Source: Octopus vulgaris (lineage: Eukaryota). Taken from it: DNA of 64,000 bases. Below are positions 58,401 through 64,000 of the stretch, piece by piece. The notes below the pieces were generated by a model. That model did no database searches and was not told where the DNA came from. It saw only the letters and a program-made list of their open reading frames with translations. Position 1 is the stretch's first letter. Every line of letters begins with the position of its first letter. The position numbers were made by a program, and so were the translations under genes. The stretch spans positions 65,348,001 to 65,412,000 of the forward strand of contig OX597830.1 in the NCBI GenBank assembly GCA_951406725.2, read 5' to 3'.

Positions 58401-59374
58401 GTGTATATATAATTATGCATATAAATATACGTGTACACAGCATATACATACATACATAAACGCACTTGATATATATATATATATTAGAAAATGTTACCAT
58501 GGTTATAACCGACGTACTTAAGAGAAAGACCAAGCCTTGAAGCTACGGACAAATCGGACACATTTTCTGCAGGACATGAAAGACAATGACTTCCAGCATG
58601 TTTGGAGTAGTTGCAGCTGCATCCATTTTGTTTTGTTGATTGGTTGAGAGAAAATCTTGCTGTAGTATGGGCTAAATTAACCCGGACCTTCTTCGGTAGC
58701 ATCAATGCTACTGCATGTAACCGCCCTTGTTGAAGTGGCACTGTCAAAGTGCTGTCTTCGAAATCTCTTTGCTATGATTTTCAAACCCTGTGATGGACCA
58801 GCGTCCCGTCCCGGTGTAAAATATATACAACATGAAAACCGGGAAACCAGCCCTAGGGGTCTACGTATATGACACGAGAAGGAACTTTACATTTTTTTTT
58901 TATTTACTTATATATAATCACATAGACACACCACACACACACAACGGGTTTTTTTTTCTGTCTACCAAACCGACCCACAAGGCTTTGTTTGGCCTGTAGC
59001 TATAGTGGAAGATACTTGCCCAAAGTGTCGTAGAATGGAACTGAACACGAAAGTAATCGATCGGGAAACGGAATTTTAACCAAACACGCATGTCAGCAAA
59101 GAGATAACACAATATCAGTAATAAAAAAATTGAGAAATTTGAAAAGAAAATACGAAACTGGTTATTTCTCCAAAAATCAATGTTACTATACACAAAATTT
59201 TCTAACATTTTTCTAACATAACGATTTAAACATATTCTTTAACCATATAACACAAGTCTTCTGTAGTTTTTCACTTTATTTTGTCTTTTATACATCCAAC
59301 CACGTGCTTTCACGTACCAACTCTCTCACACCTATATATATATATATAAGGAGAGGAGTTGATAGAGAGTTGAA

Positions 59375-59628
59375 AGGAGTTCCTGGAAATTTCCGAGGAA
59401 ATGGAGGAGGGAAGGAAGGACTTCCTGGAAACTTCCACGGAAAAGGGGTAGGGACTTCCTGGAAAGTTCCGAGGTACGGTGTAGGGACTCCGAGGAATGG
59501 GAGGAGTGGAGGTGGGTGGGTTGATGGACTTCCTGGAAATGTCCAAAGAAGTGGGTAGGGACTTCCTCCGAGGAGAGGAAGCGGAGAAAGGACTTCCTGG
59601 GAAAGTCCAAGGAGGGCTAGGGACTTTT
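59375..59628. repeat. Degenerate purine-rich repeat with recurrent GGACTTCCTGGAAANNTCC motif
   Basis: About 8 full or partial copies. Confidence 0.75.
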
Positions 59629-59649
59629 AGCACACTTATCAAGGCCAAA

Positions 59650-60400
59650 ATCCACCCGATCTCATTGCTGAACTCTTTAAAAGTTGTTAGCAGCTCTACT
59701 AGCTCTTCGTTATTTCTAGAAACAGTTTCAGATCATCCATATAAAACAGACGCTTTATTGTCGAATTATAAACTTTGAACTCATACCTGGTGTTATTCAG
59801 TTCGTTTGAGAGTGGGAACAGAGTAATGGGGAGAGGGGGCCATTTAGAAAGATGCGGGATCAGTGTCATGGAAAATTGTAATGGGGAGAGGGAGTCACCT
59901 TGAAAGATGCTTTGTTTGATGTTGATGTTGTTAGATTGGCTCATCCCATTGCTATGGTTTAGAAGGAGACGTGTTCCACTTGGCCATGCAACCTTGTAAG
60001 AATATGGAGACGACAGGAGAGATCTTACATGTCTCAAGGGCCTTGAGTAGCCAATTGTGTGAGGCACTATCAAACGCTTTCCTGTAGTCTATCCATGCCA
60101 TACTCAAGTTCTTCTTTTTTGCTCCGGCAATTCTTTACAATTATTTTATTTACGAGTAATTGATCATTGCACCCATAAGAATTCCTTGTACAACCTTTTT
60201 GAGCTTGTGGAAGGATAGACTTCTGTTCAAAGAAAGCGTGTTCTTTCAGTTAGAATGGATGTGAGGATCTTGTAGGCGGTGTTGAGACATGTTATTGGTT
60301 GGTAGTTCTTTGGATTTTTTTGTGTCTTCACTTTTTGGTAGAAGGTGTATTGTTCCTTCAGTCAGCCAGGCAGGTATGTACTCATCTGGGTTCTGGATTA
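59650..60400 (-). mobile_element. Reverse transcriptase fragment of an RLE-type (R4/Dong-like) LINE
   Basis: IFQGDSLSPL, YMDDLKLF, PAWLTEGTIHLLPK. Confidence 0.85.
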
Positions 60401-60449
60401 CTACACAGTACAATGGAGTCAGTTGGGCACCGTCTATGAGAAAAACAGC

Positions 60450-61203
60450 ACCATTACACAATTCATTTTGCCAGAAATTTCGAAATGACAAGCTGTACTG
60501 CTCATCCTTCGCGCCGGAAGCTCCAATATCAACATTTCAGAGTGTTTGAGTGTCAATATGAGGACAGTGCAATCTGATGACATGTACTGAGAATGATAAA
60601 AATCAAACATCCACTCAACAACATTCAGTGATCACTAGTGATGGCAACGTTATGACTCCATTCATCTTCCTACACGGCCTCAAACTCAACACGGAAGCCT
60701 ACATCAAGTGCCTTGAAGAAGAAGTGCTGCCCTGGGTCAAAAGGGTGGCTGCTGGAAGACCCTATGTCTGGCAACAGGACTCTGCACAATGCCATACAAG
60801 CAGGAGAACCCAGTTATGGCTATCGAACGATTTCTTCGATCACATCACCTCTAACACCTGGTCACCTAACTCCCCAGACTGCAACCCTCTTGATTATTAT
60901 GTGTGGGGCGCATTTGAGCGAGAGACCATCAAAACTCCTTATACCACCAAAGATGAACTGAAGGTAAGGATTTTGGTAGCATTTATCAACTTAAACAAGG
61001 AGATCGTCAGGAAGAGTTGCAGGAAATTCTGAAGTCATCTGGAGGTCGTGGCTGAAGCCAATGGCGATTTTATTGAATAAATTTACTCTTTAGTATTTCA
61101 AGATATTTTTCTGAAATTTTGGTAAATATTACTGTTAAAATGAGATGTCAGTGTTATTTTCATTTTTGCGTAATTTAAACGACAATATATTCACTGCACC
61201 CTG
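60450..61203 (+). mobile_element. DD37D (maT) Tc1/mariner transposon, 3' part
   Basis: QQD followed by 37 residues ending SPDCNPL, then D; end cactgcaccctg|TA. Confidence 0.85.
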
Positions 61204-61214
61204 TATATGTATAT

Positions 61215-61390
61215 ATGTATAAAGTTGAAATTTACAGAAAAGCAAAAGACGAAGACAGGTATTTAAACAACAAACAGGTGTAATAGTTGACGATCAGGAA
61301 GATGAGAGAGTCATTTTCGTTTCGAGCCTACGCTCTTCAACAGAAAGGAACATGAAGAAATAAACAGAGAGAGAATGAAAAACTTATATG
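61215..61390 (-). mobile_element. Element with variant hammerhead core (61313-61348)
   Basis: Minus strand: ttt CTGTTGA a gagc gtag gctc GAAAC GAA aat. Confidence 0.55.
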
Positions 61391-61504
61391 TGTGTGTGTG
61401 TGCGCGCGCGCAATGGTTGGAGCAAGCTGAGGTATCAAACCACTTTCTTAAATAGAAGTTGCATCAAAAAGTGGTTAGAGTTACTTAGGTGGTCGGCAAC
61501 TGAT

Positions 61505-62050
61505 CCCGGCAGTGAGCTGGCAGAACGGTTACAGCACCAGACAAAGTCGACCTCGGCGGAATTTGAATCCAGAACTGAATACGGACGAAATGCTGTACAG
61601 CATTTTGCCCGGCATGTTAACGATTCTTATTTCTTTGTTGCCCACAAGAGGCTAAACATAGAGGGGACAAACAAGGACAGACAGACGGATCAAGTCGATT
61701 ATATCGACCCCAGTGCGTAACTGGTACTTATTTAATCGATCCCGAAAGGATAAAAGGCAAAGTCGACCTCGGCGGAATTTGAACTCAGAACGTAACGACA
61801 GACGAAATACCTATTTCTGTTTCTTTACTACCCACAAGGGGCTAAACATAGAGGGGACAAACAAGGACAGACAGACAGACGGATTAAGTCGATTATATTG
61901 ACCCCAGTGCGTAACTGGTACTTATTTAATCGACCCTGAAAGGATAAAAGGCAAAGTCGACCTCGGCGGAATTTGAACTCAGAACGTCGGCGGCAGACGA
62001 AATGCCGCTAAGCATTTCGCCCGGCGTGCTAACGTTTCTGCCAGCTCGCC
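61505..62050 (-). mobile_element. SINE family B multimer
   Basis: Two to three units; head at 62050. Confidence 0.85.
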
Positions 62051-62544
62051 GTCTTGCTGCAGAGAAATATCATCAAGGAACGAATAAAATGTACTGCAAC
62101 ATTTGCGCCTTACATTCAAAGGACCATTTCTCTTCAACGGCAACGCTCGATAACATGTTTCACAAATGTCAATGAAGAAACTGAACGAATTAGGCTCCGA
62201 AACGCTATCTTGTCCATCTCAATCCCCCGTATTCTCTTCGACCAAACGACACCCTTTTTTGGTTTTCCTTTTATTTTTCGTGATAATTTCCGGCCAAAGA
62301 GATTCTTCCACAACCAAGCAATAACTCAAAACGCATTCAAAGAATTCGTTCACTGATACTATACAATTCTAAGCTATCAGAATATGTATACGTCTTCTTT
62401 GTTGGCAAAAATATGTAGCTTCAAACTTATTCTAAGCTAGGACAATATACTATTTTGAATTTGATGATTAAAAAAAGACAAATAAAAAAGTTATTTTTGC
62501 GTCAATCCGATATTTGTATATAATCATGTGTGTGTGTGTTTATG

Positions 62545-62840
62545 TTTGCTCCTTCTCAAGCCATGCCTGGCTCATAAGGGCCGGTTTCCCGGTTTCTTTG
62601 GCGTATAGGTTCCCCGCCTGGGCGGAACGCCAGTCCGCCGCAGGTGAGCTGCATGATGCAGGAGGAAAGAGTGAGAGAAAGTTGTGGCAAAAGAGTCAAC
62701 AGAAGTTTCGCCATTACCTTCTGCCGGAGCCGCGTGGAGCTTAGGTGTTTTCGCTCATAAACACACACATCGCCCGATCTAAGATTCGAACCCGCGATCG
62801 CTCGACCGCTGCTCTAACCACTAGGCCATGTGCTGCCACG
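62545..62840 (-). mobile_element. SINE with family-C-like head and family-D-like tail
   Basis: Matches 27860-28156. Confidence 0.8.
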
Positions 62841-62970
62841 TGTGTTTATATATATATATATATATATATTCATTACACATGCGCGCGCGCACATATCTGA
62901 AGGGAAGTGGACGCTCAGATATATATATATATATGTGCGTATATATATATATATCTATATATATACACAT

Positions 62971-63505
62971 GGTTTTCGGACTAAATTCGACAGTTTGCAT
63001 AAAGAAAAAAAAACAACTTTCTCTCCCAAAATAAAAGTATATTACAAAAATCAAAATATATCAACTTGATTATGTCTGGGAGATAATTTATTCAAAGAAG
63101 CCGCCCTGCAGTTTCTACCACGGTCTCAAGACGACACCAGAACCTGGAGCATGCGATCTTCATTATGTCCTTGGGGATGGGAGTCTTCGAACGTCTTGAT
63201 CTTGCCCATCGGCTGGGACTGGGTATTGCAGGCAGAGCAATTGGTGTCTTTTTCAACTGCGCCCAATAGTTAGTAATCTATTGTAATGGAGGATTACAAT
63301 CGGAGGAAAAATTCTTTGGCAAACTCTAATAACTTTTTCCAGATGTATGGCAAGAAACCGAATCCTGCTGCCACACACATACGACCTTCCAACGGCAACC
63401 CTCTCCAGCCATGGTTAGACCACAGTTTCCAGCAGCTTCACATGGCCGATTGAATTGAGCCTAAGGCCCTGGTCAAAGATATTGGGCGGCGTGACGTCAC
63501 CCGCC
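62971..63505 (-). mobile_element. maT-type transposon fragment
   Basis: ggactaaattcgacagtttgcataaag as at 38530; shared tagtaatctattgtaatggaggatt. Confidence 0.7.
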
Positions 63506-63734
63506 CTGGTGTGTTATGTATGTATGTATGTATGTATGTATGTATGTATGTATGTATGTATGTATGCATGTGTATATGTATGTGTGCGTGTGTGTATTTT
63601 ATATGTATGTGTGTGTAGTGAAATTGGTTGTATTTTGAATAGGTTATAAATTGTGTGTGCAGTGTAGCCTATTGTTTTCGTTTGTTTGCTTTTCTTTTTA
63701 CAATAGGTAAACGAATGTATATCTGCGTGTGTAT

Positions 63735-64000
<266 letters not shown>

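Overview
Repeat-saturated, AT-rich, non-genic eukaryotic DNA. The SINE repertoire and microsatellite load resemble a coleoid cephalopod such as Octopus (inference). No intact host gene is recognisable, and most listed ORFs are microsatellite or SINE artefacts. The window contains: several tRNA-derived SINE families; a 4.3-kb array of 184-bp units that grew inside a single SINE insertion; decayed DNA transposons (pogo/Tigger, mariner, DD37D/maT, hAT-like, Helitron, MITEs); and LINE fragments (R4/Dong-type, RTE, CR1-like, L1/Tx1-like). The most striking signal, invisible in the ORF track, is about 16 minimal type-I hammerhead ribozyme motifs. They sit in short non-coding elements inserted mostly in (TA)n, which occur as long fold-back palindromes or partial tandem repeats, the architecture of Penelope-like element pseudo-LTRs and retrozymes. 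One of them carries a tRNA-like Pol III head, several divergent families share a terminal motif, and one family has a variant catalytic core. All motifs were read by eye; boundaries are approximate.
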